Positions 1-10,499 of a stretch of DNA of 43,076 bases are shown piece after piece. The stretch spans positions 1 through 43,076 of the forward strand of contig JAUVXW010000037.1 of NCBI GenBank assembly GCA_030603385.1, given 5' to 3'. This DNA comes from Promethearchaeota archaeon (lineage in GTDB: Archaea > Asgardarchaeota > Lokiarchaeia > Sigyniarchaeales > SOKP01). The notes beneath the pieces are model-generated. The model was not told the origin of the DNA. It searched no databases and saw only the letters and a program-made list of their open reading frames with translations. The position numbers and the translations under genes were made by a program. Position 1 is the stretch's first letter, and each line of letters starts with the position of its first letter.

Positions 1-993
1 GTGATGAATGGTGCCCTTGCACTCGGGATGCAGATGATCCTTTTTCCAAGACCACCTACTGACGATGTATTGTGTGAAACAATAAATAAATTGGAAGCTC
101 CTCAGGGAATCATGTATACTGGGGTTGAAATGTTATTTAAGAGACTAACAGATTTCGTTCAATCTATGGGTGTGGAAGAATTTAAGTCTAAGTACGACTT
201 TTGGAAGAAATTAAAATATGCTATTTCTGGTGCGGGACCATTACATGACTATGTGAGGATTCCATTTGAAGAAATCTTTTGTCCAATAAGAATAGGTTAT
301 GGACTAACAGAAACATCACCTATTCATAGCGTAGCTCCTTTTTGGGGACCAACTAAAACGGGAAAATTAGGTCTACCAGTGCCTGGTGCAGATTGGGCTA
401 TTTTTGATTCAGAAAATTTTGAAGCAGGACCTATTTGTGACGGAACTAAAGAAAAAGGGGGTTTTGGCGTCGAAAACACAGGTGAGATTTGCGTCGCTGG
501 TCCGCATGTGATGATGGGATACTTAGGAGTTCAGAAAGAACAAGAAGATAACTTGAAAATGTGGAATGGACAAAGGTGGCTTTTAACTGGTGATATCGGG
601 TTCATGGACGAACACGGTTGGGTAGAGATACGAGATCGTAAAAAATCATTGATCAAAGTTTCTGGTCATTCTGTGTTCCCAAAGGAAGTTGAGGATTTGT
701 TAGGAAATCATGAAGCTATCGATGAAGTTGCTGTTGCAAGCCTACCAGATGAAATGACCGGTGAAAAGGTTAAGGCGTGGATCACCTTAAAGAAAGGATA
801 TAAAATCGACAAAAATATAACTATCGATGAGATCAAACAATGGGCTTTAGAGAATATGGCAAAATGGAAAACCCCACGCTTAATAGAAGTCGTTAGGAAG
901 ATGCCAGTTAGCATGACTGGTAAAGTTCAGAGAAGGGAACTTCAAGAAAAAGATGTGGATAAACTTAAGCAAGGAAAATCGATTAAAGGATAA
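1..993 (+). CDS. AMP-forming long-chain acyl-CoA synthetase (ANL family), 5'-partial
   Basis: Motifs SGAGPL, GYGLTETSP, GEICVAGPHVMMGY, TGDIG, DRKKSLIKVSG, PKEVE and TGKV. The N-terminal part lies outside the window. Confidence 0.93.
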   Translation: MMNGALALGMQMILFPRPPTDDVLCETINKLEAPQGIMYTGVEMLFKRLTDFVQSMGVEEFKSKYDFWKKLKYAISGAGPLHDYVRIPFEEIFCPIRIGYGLTETSPIHSVAPFWGPTKTGKLGLPVPGADWAIFDSENFEAGPICDGTKEKGGFGVENTGEICVAGPHVMMGYLGVQKEQEDNLKMWNGQRWLLTGDIGFMDEHGWVEIRDRKKSLIKVSGHSVFPKEVEDLLGNHEAIDEVAVASLPDEMTGEKVKAWITLKKGYKIDKNITIDEIKQWALENMAKWKTPRLIEVVRKMPVSMTGKVQRRELQEKDVDKLKQGKSIKG

Positions 994-1049
994 TTTTTTT
1001 ATTTTTTTCAATTTCTTTTATTTTATTGAAATTTTTAATTAATCTTACC

Positions 1050-1073
1050 TTAAATTCATTTATATGAATTTAA
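1050..1073. promoter_or_regulatory. Inverted repeat overlapping the probable TATA box of the isomerase gene (candidate operator)
   Basis: TTAAATTCAT-ttat-ATGAATTTAA has perfect 10-bp arms, contains TTTATA and ends 22 nt before the ATG at 1096. Confidence 0.4.
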
Positions 1074-1095
1074 AATCATTTTACTTAATATTATT

Positions 1096-1878
1096 ATGAA
1101 ACCAGAAATTGGATTTATAGGGCTATTAAGCACAGAGGATATTTTAGAGGATTTAGCATTTGCAGTAAAAAATGGATTTGATTGCTTTGAAATTGCGTTA
1201 GATTGGAAGCAAAATTACTACTTATCCCCAAAAGTCATAAAAAAAATTAGAGAAATATCTATAAAGCATGGAATAAAGTTAATTGTACACACCCCTTACT
1301 ACCTCCCAACAAGCACTATGCTCCCTGAAATAAAAAAAGGGGTTATCGAGAATGTAAGTAAAGCAATAATTCTTGCAAGAGGGGTAAAGTCAGATAAATT
1401 GACAATTCATCCCGGATTTCAAGAGATGCCTGGCCCAGCTATTAGATATTGTTATGATTCATTAATAGATAATTTACAAAAAATAGTTGATATAGGACAA
1501 GAACATAATGTGAATATTTGTTTTGAAAATTTTGATAAACCTTTACTCTGCTCTGAATTAAAAGACTATTTGTATGTGTTAAATTCTGTTAAAGGACTTA
1601 TGGCAACATTAGATGTTGGACATGTAAACACAACAAATACTAAACCTTCAGAATATTTTAAGGAAACAAGAAACTATATAATGGACATGCATATTCACGA
1701 TAATAATGGAAAGCGTGATGAACATAAATGCCTTGGTGAGGGTACAATTGATTTCAAGGAATTCTTCTCAGAATGTAAAAATGCTAATTATTACGGTCCA
1801 TTCATATTAGAGCTGTTTCCATATGAAAATATCATTAAAGGTAGGAGAAGACTTCTTGATCACTGGGAAAATATATAA
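1096..1878 (+). CDS. Sugar phosphate isomerase/epimerase (xylose isomerase-like TIM barrel, AP endonuclease 2 fold)
   Basis: Metal-binding motifs VHTPY, IHPG, FEN, LDVGH, HIHDN, DEH..GEG.IDF and LE. Confidence 0.88.
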   Translation: MKPEIGFIGLLSTEDILEDLAFAVKNGFDCFEIALDWKQNYYLSPKVIKKIREISIKHGIKLIVHTPYYLPTSTMLPEIKKGVIENVSKAIILARGVKSDKLTIHPGFQEMPGPAIRYCYDSLIDNLQKIVDIGQEHNVNICFENFDKPLLCSELKDYLYVLNSVKGLMATLDVGHVNTTNTKPSEYFKETRNYIMDMHIHDNNGKRDEHKCLGEGTIDFKEFFSECKNANYYGPFILELFPYENIIKGRRRLLDHWENI

Positions 1879-1909
1879 AAAGAGATAAAAACTGAAAGAA
1901 TACCTATGA

Positions 1910-2281
1910 TTATTTTTTTAATCTATTTAGTATAGCAGCATTTATTAACTCACTTAATTCTATACTTTTTTTCTTGCCGTAACTCTTTTCATTAGCCATT
2001 GTTATAGAAAACAAAAATTGGTCTCTGGTTTCAACTCTTACCGTATAGATTTTTCCTTGTTTAAAACTATAAGCTTTTTTAATTTTTGATAATGGAATTT
2101 GGTAATCTTTATGGAAATCATCAACAGAGCCCCCTATCTCTGTTAAACTTATATTTGTTTTTTTTATTAGTGATAACTCTAGTTCTGTTAAAACAATTAT
2201 TCCATATTGCATTTCAAATTGCCATTTCGTTCTCACTTCTCCTTCACAGAAGTATCCTTCGGAATTAAAAAGTAATGTCAT
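1910..2281 (-). CDS. Hypothetical protein, possible PH/GRAM-like fold
   Basis: 123 aa with GIIVLTELEL, IPLSKIKK, beta-strands and a C-terminal helix, a pattern typical of PH-like domains. Confidence 0.55.
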   Translation of the reverse strand: MTLLFNSEGYFCEGEVRTKWQFEMQYGIIVLTELELSLIKKTNISLTEIGGSVDDFHKDYQIPLSKIKKAYSFKQGKIYTVRVETRDQFLFSITMANEKSYGKKKSIELSELINAAILNRLKK

Positions 2282-2517
2282 AATTTTTTAATATTTTTTC
2301 TCAAGTTATTATGTTAATATATTCAATACATAATTTTTAATCTATCTACCTATCTAACTATTGTTCTACTGGAAAATATATCATTGTTTAATATTATATA
2401 AATTTTTATAGGCTGACTAAGTTAATTACTTTAAGGACCATAAAATAGAGATTTCAAAAATATACTAGGGTCTGAATTAAACTACAATATAAATTAAAAA
2501 AAAAAATTCCAAAAAAA

Positions 2518-3048
2518 ATGTCATTACAAAAAACTAGAGATTTTATGCTTCAAGAGAAAATGATCTCTTTAAAGGATAAAGGCAAAATAATGAATCTGGA
2601 TAAAGAAACGATTGGAACTTTCGCAGGAAAACTAATAAAGATTGGCAACACTTACAGAATAAGAGACCTTGATGAGACTCCTGTACTAACGGTTCATGAA
2701 AAAGTAATTTCAATGCGTTCCACTTATAAATTCTATAAAGGTGGTGAACAAGACGATGATAAATATATCGGCAAATTGAAAAGAAAACTTGTATCTGTAA
2801 AACCAAAATATTGGTTTGAAGATCCAAATGAAAATAAGGTCTTTACAATGAAGGGAAATATTTTTACATTGAAATTCAAGATTCTAAAAGATAAAAAAGT
2901 TGTTGCTGAAATCCGTAAAAAGTTATTTAAAAGTCTAATCAAGGGAACCTATGGTGTACAAATGTCTCCTGATTTAGATGATGATTCTGCTCTGTTAATA
3001 TTAGGGATCGTTTTAATGCTCCATCATGAAAAAGAAGAAAATAGATAG
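2518..3048 (+). CDS. LURP-one-related / scramblase (Tubby C-terminal-like) family protein
   Basis: Repeated EK.IS and KLKRKL strands, GNIFTLKFKI, VAEIRKK, and TYGV followed by a C-terminal hydrophobic helix (ALLILGIVLML). Confidence 0.85.
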   Translation: MSLQKTRDFMLQEKMISLKDKGKIMNLDKETIGTFAGKLIKIGNTYRIRDLDETPVLTVHEKVISMRSTYKFYKGGEQDDDKYIGKLKRKLVSVKPKYWFEDPNENKVFTMKGNIFTLKFKILKDKKVVAEIRKKLFKSLIKGTYGVQMSPDLDDDSALLILGIVLMLHHEKEENR

Positions 3049-3054
3049 GTACCC

Positions 3055-3066
3055 TTTTTTTTTTTT
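3055..3066 (+). terminator. Poly-T tract, archaeal-type terminator between convergent genes
   Basis: 12 consecutive T immediately after the stop of 2518..3048. Confidence 0.5.
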
Positions 3067-4561
3067 ATTTTTTTAATTTAATATTTCTTCGATATTCAGC
3101 ATAATCACATATCTTTGCTAAACAGTTCACCGGGCGATCCCAGAATTGAAACACTATCCCTCCATGCTCTCTTATTTTTTTTGACCACGGATTAGCATAA
3201 CTTTGAGGGTTTATATAGATGACAGGAACTGAATATTTTTGAGAATTTTTAATTGTAGGCGTAATTACCAATTTATCCATATCATCGATCCTATCTCTCA
3301 TATCTTCTCTCAATTCTATATGTTTGGATACTCTATTGTTTTTTTGCTCAAGCGATATCATACTTTGGAAACCCATTGCCCCATATATTATGATTATATC
3401 AATTTCGCCAGATTTCATAAGTATTTTTGGGAAGTTTATGTACAGATTAAATATATTCATATCAAAAGTGATATCTATTGGATTACTCCAACTTGCTGTA
3501 TGAGGTAACATACTTTTTAGTTTTGATTGAAGTGATTCTGAAAATTCGGGCACAATTAACCCCTTCCTTTCAGCATTGTTTGCAATAAGGGCTCCTGGTC
3601 CTCCTGCAAAAGTTATTATTCCAATACGTTTTCCTTTAGGATATGGAAAATTTGGCGTTAAAAGCATAGAGCATATGTCTAAAAATTCTTCAATATAATC
3701 AATCTTTATAATACCCGTTTCTTTAATCATGGCATCAAAAATTTTTATATTTCCTGCAATTGAACCTGTGTGGCTCTTGATGGCACGATTCCCTGCTTGA
3801 GATCCTCCCCCATATATAGCAACTATAGGTTTCTTTAGCGTTACTTCCTTTGCTAATTGTAAAAATTGTTTCCCTCTTTTAATTTCTTCAATATATAATC
3901 CAATTACATCAGTTTCTTCATCATCTTTAAAGTATTCTAAAAAATCTACTAAATCTATGTTTGCTTCATTACCTACAGAAATAACTTTACCAACACTAAA
4001 ATCGGGATATTCTGCATCTAGCCATAATTGACTGGCTAAAGTACCACTTTGAGAAGCCATCGAAAATTTACTTCGCTTAGACTGTTCCCTCCACATCATC
4101 GTATTAAGTCTCCCATTATCTTCAGGATAAATCCAACTATTGTAAACCCCTAAGCAATTAGGACCGGTAAATCTCATTCCATAAGAATTTGAAATGTCAA
4201 TAATTTCGTCTGTCAGTGTATTTGAGCGATCTTCGATAAGTTCTCTAAAACCACCAGAAATTAAAACAATTTTTTTAACTCCTTTCTCTCCACATTCTTT
4301 AAATACCTGAGGTACAACTTTAGGGGGTAATACTATAATCACAAGATCAGGCACTTCTGGGACCTCAGCAATAGTCTTATAAGCTTTATATCCCAAGACT
4401 GTATCTAACTTTAAATGTATTGGAAAGATTTTACCTTTAAAATTAGAATTAATGATTCTAATTAGCAACATAGTTCCCATCGTCGTACCGAAGGTGTTGT
4501 TAGCGCCGTATATAGCAATACTTTTGGGACTTAGAAAATCGTGTAAAAAATGACTCGACAT
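3065..4561 (-). CDS. ADP-forming acyl/acetate-CoA ligase alpha subunit (CoA-binding protein)
   Basis: Motifs PKSIAIYGA, PDLVII, GPNCLG, SQSG, VGNEA.IDL, YIE, SHTGSIAG (phospho-His) and NPIDIT. Confidence 0.9.
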   Translation of the reverse strand: MSSHFLHDFLSPKSIAIYGANNTFGTTMGTMLLIRIINSNFKGKIFPIHLKLDTVLGYKAYKTIAEVPEVPDLVIIVLPPKVVPQVFKECGEKGVKKIVLISGGFRELIEDRSNTLTDEIIDISNSYGMRFTGPNCLGVYNSWIYPEDNGRLNTMMWREQSKRSKFSMASQSGTLASQLWLDAEYPDFSVGKVISVGNEANIDLVDFLEYFKDDEETDVIGLYIEEIKRGKQFLQLAKEVTLKKPIVAIYGGGSQAGNRAIKSHTGSIAGNIKIFDAMIKETGIIKIDYIEEFLDICSMLLTPNFPYPKGKRIGIITFAGGPGALIANNAERKGLIVPEFSESLQSKLKSMLPHTASWSNPIDITFDMNIFNLYINFPKILMKSGEIDIIIIYGAMGFQSMISLEQKNNRVSKHIELREDMRDRIDDMDKLVITPTIKNSQKYSVPVIYINPQSYANPWSKKIREHGGIVFQFWDRPVNCLAKICDYAEYRRNIKLKK

Positions 4562-4741
4562 GTTTTATTTCTATTCTTTTAATTGAGAGTTAATTAATAA
4601 AAAATTAAATAGGAAAATACATGTAAATTTTAAAACTTATTTAGTTGAAATTTAGACATTTGAATAGCAAAGATTATAAAGAACAAAATTTAAACCGTAA
4701 TTAAAATTTGAATTTTTATAAGAAATAATAAACGTGATTAT

Positions 4742-5842
4742 ATGACTATAGAAACGAATATTACCAAAATGTTTGGAATAAAGCACCCTATTTTTTCTGC
4801 GGCAATGGGTCCTTTCTATACCACAGACCTCTGCGCAGCAGTTAGTGAAGCGGGTGGATTGGGCGTATTATCCCATACAACCATAAAGCGCGGAGATGAT
4901 ATTGGAACTGAAACTAAAACTGCGGCAAGACTGGACGCTGATGCTCTAGAAGCCATGAAGAGGAATATGGAATTTGTTGTAGAACACACAGATAAGCCTT
5001 TTGGCTTTAATATTAGAACTTCCAGAAATGAATTACAAGCAGATAAGCTCTGTAGTGAAATACCAAAATTTATTATGGAAAATCAGAGAATTAGAGAGCA
5101 ATGTATATATGCTCTTACAAGTGCAGGATCATCTAAAAGATTACCTACGAGTAAATCATTTCAAGAACTAAAAGAGAGATCAGAGATTAAGCATTTTCAT
5201 GTAGCTCCTGCGTTATGGTTAGCAGATAAGTGCGTTGCTTCAGGAGTAGATGGTATGGTAGTAACAGGCAGTGAAGGTGGAGGTCATCAATCTTATGAAA
5301 AAGTAAGTACTCTCGTTTTACTTCAACAGGTCCATCAAAAATATCCTGATTTTCCAATAATTGCTTGTGGAGGATTTGCAACTGGTGCTGGTTTAGCTGC
5401 AGCATTAGCTATGGGTGCTGGTGGCGTTGCGATGGGCTCACGCTTCATTGCAAGTAAAGATGCCGAATTCAATGAGAATTACAAAGGTGTTGTACCTCCT
5501 GCAAAAGCCCAAGATACCATCATGGTCACTGGGGCGTTAGGACCAATTCGTCTATGGAAGAATGAATATTCATTGCATCATGGACTTGTGGCAGATAAAG
5601 AAGGAAAAATAGCTGAAGAAGAGGCACTTAGGAGCATGTCTCGTGAAGATATGATAAAAGAGTTCATTGCAACGGCTAATGCATATCTGGCTGCTTATAG
5701 GGGTGATGTGAATTCAGGAGCAGTGCTTCTTGGTCAGAGTATTGGGGTGATTAATAGTATTGAGAGTGTATCGGATATAATTAATGATATTATGTCTGGA
5801 GCAGAAACATTATTAAAAAATGCTGCCGGTAATATAAAATAA
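4742..5842 (+). CDS. Nitronate monooxygenase / FabK-like flavin oxidoreductase
   Basis: Motifs HPIFSAAM, AAVSEAGGLG, KPFGFN, GSEGGGH, IACGG, MGAGGVAMGSRF and GQSIG. Confidence 0.9.
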   Translation: MTIETNITKMFGIKHPIFSAAMGPFYTTDLCAAVSEAGGLGVLSHTTIKRGDDIGTETKTAARLDADALEAMKRNMEFVVEHTDKPFGFNIRTSRNELQADKLCSEIPKFIMENQRIREQCIYALTSAGSSKRLPTSKSFQELKERSEIKHFHVAPALWLADKCVASGVDGMVVTGSEGGGHQSYEKVSTLVLLQQVHQKYPDFPIIACGGFATGAGLAAALAMGAGGVAMGSRFIASKDAEFNENYKGVVPPAKAQDTIMVTGALGPIRLWKNEYSLHHGLVADKEGKIAEEEALRSMSREDMIKEFIATANAYLAAYRGDVNSGAVLLGQSIGVINSIESVSDIINDIMSGAETLLKNAAGNIK

Positions 5843-5931
5843 ATTATTCAAGATTCCTTGAATGATTGTTTTTTTCTTTTTATTTCCTAATTTTTAATAT
5901 AAAAAAAGAAAATTACTAGAGTTTTACATAT

Positions 5932-7551
5932 TTATTCTTTATTTAATCGTTTGTAGGTTTTACCCATAATTTTATAGATATTGACATATTCAGCGAAGAG
6001 CTTATCATAGATTTTCCTATTTTCTGGGTTTGGTGTAAACTCTTTTGATATCTCACAACACCTTTGGATCTCATCCCATTTAAGATATCCTAAAGCCACT
6101 GAAGCTATATAAGCAGCACCACGAGCATTAGCTTGAATAGGATCTACCACCTGTTTAATTTTTCTATTAAGAATATCCGCCATAATTTGGCACCAAATAT
6201 CACTTTGAGCCCCCCCCCCAATCATGTTAAGTTCAGGTATAATATTACTCTTTTTTGGAATACGGCGCTCTTTTATTACCCATTTTCTTATAAAATTCTC
6301 TATAACTGTTAACAACCATTTAATATTATACCCAACACCTTCAAATATCGCACGAATTATATGTTCTCTTGACATTTCAAAAGATAAATTATATAAACCT
6401 CCACGAATGGTTGGATCATCTACAGGTGATCTTTCACCTATAAGCCAAGGAGTAAAAATAAGATTATTTGAGCCTGCGGGAACCTTTTTTACGATTTGAT
6501 CAAAAATTTTGTAAACATCTGGTAGAGCTTCTTCTTTTAACAATTCGTCTTTATGATAAAGAATCTTATCTCTCAGAAAAGATAAAGCCCCTCCTGCTAT
6601 ATTTTGCTCGTTTCCTACCATATATCTTCCTGGTATAGCAGACGGTATACTACCCAAATTATGTACTATATCTGTTTTCTTATATGGGATATGAGTAAAT
6701 ATCCAATCACTTGTGCCAATATATATATGAGCTTCATAATCATTGACTGCACCAGAACCAATTGTTGCGGTATGTATATCTGGAGCGCCCATGACCACCT
6801 TTGTACTTCTTTCTAATCCAAGTTCATCAGCTACTTCATTTTTAAGTGGTCCTAAAACATCTGTACAGTTCTTTAATTCAGGAAATTTTGTTTTATCGAC
6901 TTTAAACATCCTCAATAGCTTTTTAGAATAATGGATATTGTTTAAATCTCTCGTATCTGTAATCCAATGAAGATGAATTGATGCAGTAGACGCCGCAAAT
7001 TTTCCAGTTAATTTAAGGTTAACATAATCTTGAGGTTCTAAAAATACAAACGTTCTTTCATATATATCTGGGAATTCATCTTTTATAACTAAGATATGAG
7101 CAATTGAATCTTTACCATGCGAAGCTGGACCCCCCGCAGTTCTTTTTAAAAGACTTAAAATTTTCCTTAAATTATATCCTGAGACTTTTATTAACCCTTT
7201 ATTAAGTTTTTCTATATATTTAGCACCACGGGTATCCATCCAGATAATAGAATTCATTAGATGGTTTCCATCTTTATCCACCGCAACTGTGCCACTCCAT
7301 TGACTAGTGTTGCATACTCCTACGATATCCTCAACTTTTACTTTACCATTATCAATCACTTTCTTAGCAGCATATTTGATAGCCTCCCACCAATCATCTG
7401 GGTCTTGCTCAACAATTCCACCACTTAATGCATTTATTGGTGTTTCTTGGAAAGCCCAATCAATAACCTCCCCTTCGGTAGAAACAATTGCAAGCTTCGG
7501 TCCTTGAGTTCCTTGGTCAACTGCAAGTATATATTTTTTTTCACTAATCAT
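5932..7551 (-). CDS. FGGY-family carbohydrate kinase (xylulokinase-like)
   Basis: Motifs AVDQGT, EQDPDDWW, IIWMDTR, IGTS, PWLIGERSP, RAIFEG, GGGAQS..WCQ and ARGAA. Confidence 0.92.
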   Translation of the reverse strand: MISEKKYILAVDQGTQGPKLAIVSTEGEVIDWAFQETPINALSGGIVEQDPDDWWEAIKYAAKKVIDNGKVKVEDIVGVCNTSQWSGTVAVDKDGNHLMNSIIWMDTRGAKYIEKLNKGLIKVSGYNLRKILSLLKRTAGGPASHGKDSIAHILVIKDEFPDIYERTFVFLEPQDYVNLKLTGKFAASTASIHLHWITDTRDLNNIHYSKKLLRMFKVDKTKFPELKNCTDVLGPLKNEVADELGLERSTKVVMGAPDIHTATIGSGAVNDYEAHIYIGTSDWIFTHIPYKKTDIVHNLGSIPSAIPGRYMVGNEQNIAGGALSFLRDKILYHKDELLKEEALPDVYKIFDQIVKKVPAGSNNLIFTPWLIGERSPVDDPTIRGGLYNLSFEMSREHIIRAIFEGVGYNIKWLLTVIENFIRKWVIKERRIPKKSNIIPELNMIGGGAQSDIWCQIMADILNRKIKQVVDPIQANARGAAYIASVALGYLKWDEIQRCCEISKEFTPNPENRKIYDKLFAEYVNIYKIMGKTYKRLNKE

Positions 7552-7644
7552 AATAATTAGATTAAATGCTATAAAACTAAATAAAGGTTCTTTGAAGGAT
7601 ATTTATAAAATAAAAAAAAAATTAATTAGTTACTTATAAGCTCA

Positions 7645-7971
7645 ATGTATTCTACAGATAAAAAGGTGCTAAAAAGGATAGTAGAGGCTGTACAAGGGAG
7701 CATTGGTCCCAACCAGATTACTAAGGTTTTTAAGTTAAATTTGAGGAAAATTATTCATCTTAAAAAAATTCAAGAATATAGTATTATACAAATAGAATTT
7801 CCTTACTATATTGCACTCCTAGATTATTATGATGATTATTACGATTCCCCTTGGTATAAAGTGCATTTCTTTTCCAAATTGGGAGAATAAATTGAAATTA
7901 AATACGTTGAGAAAGACTCGAAGGAGATTAAAACAATTAAAAAAGATTATATTCGTGTTCATTCGTTTTAA
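7645..7971 (+). pseudogene. Hypothetical protein or degraded gene (81-aa ORF whose frame continues past an in-frame TAA)
   Basis: The ORF 7645..7890 is followed in frame by IEIKYVEKDSKEIKTIKKDYIRVHSF*. No family was recognised. Confidence 0.3.
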
Positions 7972-8187
7972 TTTGAAAATTACACGTTCCGTGATAATAT
8001 ATTTCATTTGAGAATCAGACATATGTAAATAAAGATTATCTGATAATAATTCATTAAAAAATCTAAGAATGTTATGAGTAGCATGATTCAAAAATGAATA
8101 ATATTAAATATACAATATTGTCATGTATTCTAATGAGATATATCGGGTATAAGATTATTTTTAAATTGCCTACATTAATCAAGGAAT

Positions 8188-10368
8188 TTGTCTATGGTTA
8201 AATTCAAAAATTTGAAGGCATTGAAGAATGAAAGACTGAAGATTTTATATATTATAGTTATTTTAATTTCATTTTTGCTTAATTTAAATAATTTTGGAAG
8301 TGATAGGAATATATATCTAGATAATGACAAACTGCAATTATCCAATAAGAAATTTTATGAGATACAATGGCTTGAAAATCCCACATTTGACTCACCTATA
8401 GAATGTTGGAAATGTAACATTGAAGGAGATGCTTCGGATGTTAATGCAACTTCGAGTCAAGGTGAAGCTAATTTTGAAGTATTGGGAGATCAAAATTCCT
8501 TTACTTTTATCGCGGATCCACCAATCGCATCTGATTGGAATGTTGTTCTTAATCCAGAGTATCCTTCGTTTCCAGATATATATGAGATTAATACACTTGG
8601 TGCTTGCGTTTCTCACTATTGGGCGGAGGGCTCTGATCAATCAGTAGCAATAAATTGGGATAAAAACCTTACTATGCCAATTGATATGTCAGATTATGTG
8701 GTTACATCAGCAAAAATTTCTGTAGTTGCTAATGGGAGTGTTGAAACATATTCTGATGATCCCCCTAATTATTCTGAGGGAATCGATACCGCTAATGATA
8801 ATTGTGAATTTTTTTCCACGGGAGATTATGCTCGTTTTTATGTTAAAATTTCAGATTTAGAAAAAAATAAAGAATATGAAATTGCTTATTATCAAACTTA
8901 TAATCTAGGTCAAGACTCCGATCCTGAAATTGCTTATATGAATGATACTCAACTGATCTCTGTACCTGAGGAGTCTTTGATAATATTTCTTACTTCTGTA
9001 CTAAATTCAGATAACAATAATTTCACAATAACTATTGGGATGAGGATTTGGTGTGAAGATAATTTTCCTCAAGACAGTGATAGGTGGAATCTTTTAATCA
9101 TAAAATCTGCAAATCTCACCTTTTCTTATGAGAAGAAAATCGATAAACTAACGTCAGTATCATGGAATCAAATAGGAAAAAAAATTAATGATTTGAGTAA
9201 ATATAAAATCGAAATTATCGATGCACACATCAATTTTAAATGCAAGATAGATAGTGTTTGGCCTTCTTCCTTATCTCCTAATTCTGAAATACGAATTTTA
9301 ATAAATAATATGAAAATCTTAGAGACAATTAAATTCGCTGATTCTAACATTTCTACATTTTTTCAGGACGCAAAACCAGGGGGATTTGATGTTAAATTAT
9401 TGATTCCAGAAGAAGAAAATGTATCAGTTTCTATTCAACTTTATCTTGCAGATGATTTTATTTTAGATGAAATAATTACTATTTCAATAGATGATGTGGT
9501 TTTTGAGATTTCATATATAGAGTTTATTCCTGAGGAGGATCTCTCTACACAAGTATTTTGGATTGTTTTTTCAACATTGTTTGCAATAATTGGGATTTTA
9601 AGTGCCTTAAGTTTGAGATCTTATGTCTATATTCCACGTAAAAAGAAAAGAGAGAATTACTTAATTTTAAGAACTCAAAAGTTTAAAGATATAAGAGATA
9701 TACGAGCAATTATTCTGATACATAGGGAGAGTGGGCTTCCAATTTTCTCACGTAGCTATTCTTTGATAATGAAAGGAAAGAAGACTCTCTTCTCAGGATT
9801 CATTCAAGCAATTTCAATTATAGGTGATGAAATTTCCTCTGAAGATCAAAAGAAAACTAAAAAAATAAAATCTACTGAAAAAATTGATTATGATAAAATA
9901 ATAGAACTTGATCTAAAGCAATTTTTCTGTCTTGTATTAGATGTTGATGAATTACGAACGGTTCTAATATTGAAGTCTAGATCCTCTAAAAGATTAAAAC
10001 AAATTATGTTTAATTTTACTTTAGCACTATATTTAAAAATCTCAAAAAAACTCGAAAACTTTGATAATGACTTAACCGATTATCCATCAATTGTCTTACA
10101 ATTTTTAGATAAGTATTTTGAATTATATCATAAGGAAAACTTCGTAACAAAACATCATGAAAATGATATTCCGAATCTTAAGAAAAAATTTAAGCTCTCT
10201 AAATTACAAATCCAAATTCTTAATGTTGTTTCTTCTATTTTAAGTGAGAAGAGAACATTTAGATTAATGGATATTTTGGAAAAATTGAGTGAAAAAAATG
10301 AAGATTTAATAATAGATGCTATAGAAACGTTAATCGAATATAAGTTAATTCTCCCATATGATGGATAA
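8188..10368 (+). CDS. Membrane-anchored surface protein: large extracellular domain, TM helix, cytoplasmic longin-like domain and C-terminal winged-helix-like region
   Basis: N-terminal hydrophobic segment, ~400-aa acidic beta-rich region with N-x-S/T sequons, TM (VFWIVFSTLFAIIGILSAL), basic stop PRKKKR, then IRAIILIHRESGLPIFSRSY...LFSGFIQAI. The ATG at 8194 is an alternative start. Confidence 0.75.
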   Translation: MSMVKFKNLKALKNERLKILYIIVILISFLLNLNNFGSDRNIYLDNDKLQLSNKKFYEIQWLENPTFDSPIECWKCNIEGDASDVNATSSQGEANFEVLGDQNSFTFIADPPIASDWNVVLNPEYPSFPDIYEINTLGACVSHYWAEGSDQSVAINWDKNLTMPIDMSDYVVTSAKISVVANGSVETYSDDPPNYSEGIDTANDNCEFFSTGDYARFYVKISDLEKNKEYEIAYYQTYNLGQDSDPEIAYMNDTQLISVPEESLIIFLTSVLNSDNNNFTITIGMRIWCEDNFPQDSDRWNLLIIKSANLTFSYEKKIDKLTSVSWNQIGKKINDLSKYKIEIIDAHINFKCKIDSVWPSSLSPNSEIRILINNMKILETIKFADSNISTFFQDAKPGGFDVKLLIPEEENVSVSIQLYLADDFILDEIITISIDDVVFEISYIEFIPEEDLSTQVFWIVFSTLFAIIGILSALSLRSYVYIPRKKKRENYLILRTQKFKDIRDIRAIILIHRESGLPIFSRSYSLIMKGKKTLFSGFIQAISIIGDEISSEDQKKTKKIKSTEKIDYDKIIELDLKQFFCLVLDVDELRTVLILKSRSSKRLKQIMFNFTLALYLKISKKLENFDNDLTDYPSIVLQFLDKYFELYHKENFVTKHHENDIPNLKKKFKLSKLQIQILNVVSSILSEKRTFRLMDILEKLSEKNEDLIIDAIETLIEYKLILPYDG

Positions 10369-10499
10369 TTAAATTTGCTAAACAAATCGAAACTTATCTC
10401 AATTAAAGATTAAAGAAAAATAAACTTAATTTTTGATGTTATAAGTTACTAATTAATTTAGTTACCAAAGTTATCTATAGCTAATATGTGATATATTAA

